IMG/VR virus record: IMGVR_UViG_3300022866_000322
Coordinates: 62,001 to 126,000 of that record
Reading direction: 5' to 3' (one strand)
DNA: 64,000 bases
Positions 63,624 through 64,000 of the stretch are shown here, piece by piece. The notes beneath the pieces were generated by a model. It was not told where the DNA came from. It was given only the letters and a program-made list of their open reading frames with translations, and searched no databases. A program made the position numbers and the translations under genes. Positions within the stretch are counted from its first letter, which is position 1. Each line of letters begins with the position of its first letter.

Positions 63624-64000
63624 ATGAAGTACTTTTTTGTTTGTGCGTTGTCTTTATCTATTGTAGCCTGTGGTGGCGGAGGCGGGGGCGGAGGTCCAAA
63701 CGTTAGACCCACAATATCCAGCCCAACACTTTCGGCTTCTAGCAACACCAATTTTGTTGCACCAGTAAAAGCAGGCAGTTACAATCTATTTGTTAGTGGT
63801 AGCACAACTGCCCCTGTGCAGGACATATTTGTACAAGACCTAAACAATGACAACAAAGAAGAAATTGTCATTGCTGGACGTATGAGCCAGAGTGATACTA
63901 ACCTTGTAACTGCACCCGATCAAACAGCTAAAAATGCCGCCTGGCAGAACAGTCAAATTAGTGTATTTGGTTGGAACGGTAGCGACCAACTTGAAAACCA
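63624..64000 (+). CDS. 3'-truncated lipoprotein with FG-GAP/VCBS-like repeat
   Basis: MKYFFVCALSLSIVAC-GGGGGGG lipobox and Gly linker; DLNNDNKEEIVIAG; frame open to the window end; absent from the ORF track. Confidence 0.75.
   Translation, partial: MKYFFVCALSLSIVACGGGGGGGGPNVRPTISSPTLSASSNTNFVAPVKAGSYNLFVSGSTTAPVQDIFVQDLNNDNKEEIVIAGRMSQSDTNLVTAPDQTAKNAAWQNSQISVFGWNGSDQLEN

Noticed and set aside
1-64000. Stop-codon reassignment as in some large phages
   Set aside because: Recognisable genes are full length under the standard code, TAA, TAG and TGA all terminate genes, and ORFs tile densely.
1-64000. Bacterial chromosome or eukaryotic giant virus origin
   Set aside because: Housekeeping-like genes are isolated among tail/baseplate, spanin, T4-type PolB/clamp-loader genes and late motifs, with bacterial SD sequences and sigma70 promoters.

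Overview
This 64 kb window looks like part of a large lytic tailed-phage genome, a distant T4-like or jumbo myovirus. It is AT-rich, densely coding, uses the standard genetic code and lies almost entirely on the + strand. The host is probably a Gram-negative proteobacterium, inferred from sigma70 promoters, spanins, lipoproteins, ErpA, ClpA and a class I cytochrome c. Contents in order: (1) 3 tRNAs and host-like accessory genes (ClpP, cytochrome c, IF-1, Cu/Zn-SOD, a metallothionein-like peptide, ErpA). (2) A tail fibre/baseplate block (7.0-18.8 kb). (3) Nucleotide, replication and chaperone genes (MazG-like, a DnaE fragment, GroES-like, clamp loader, PhoH). (4) A glycan/sulfation/methylation-type island (27-36 kb). 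(5) A lysis cassette (M15A peptidase, spanin pair, lipase, EF-hand membrane protein). (6) L33, a DnaJ-like protein and ClpA. (7) A cluster of probable head-packaged proteins built from short basic two-Cys modules (45-49.6 kb). (8) PolB and a sliding clamp. (9) A 7-deazaguanine DNA-modification locus (DpdA-like, QueD-like/DpdL, FolE) interleaved with a glycosyltransferase, GalE, a short DegT aminotransferase and a radical SAM enzyme. Top leads are that locus, the modular head-protein cluster, the metallothionein-like peptide, the cytochrome c and CHCC zinc finger, the cupin/ferritin-like/amidohydrolase block, L33 and a tRNA-Ser with an A34 (ACU) anticodon. All product calls come from motifs recognised by eye; no database search was run.
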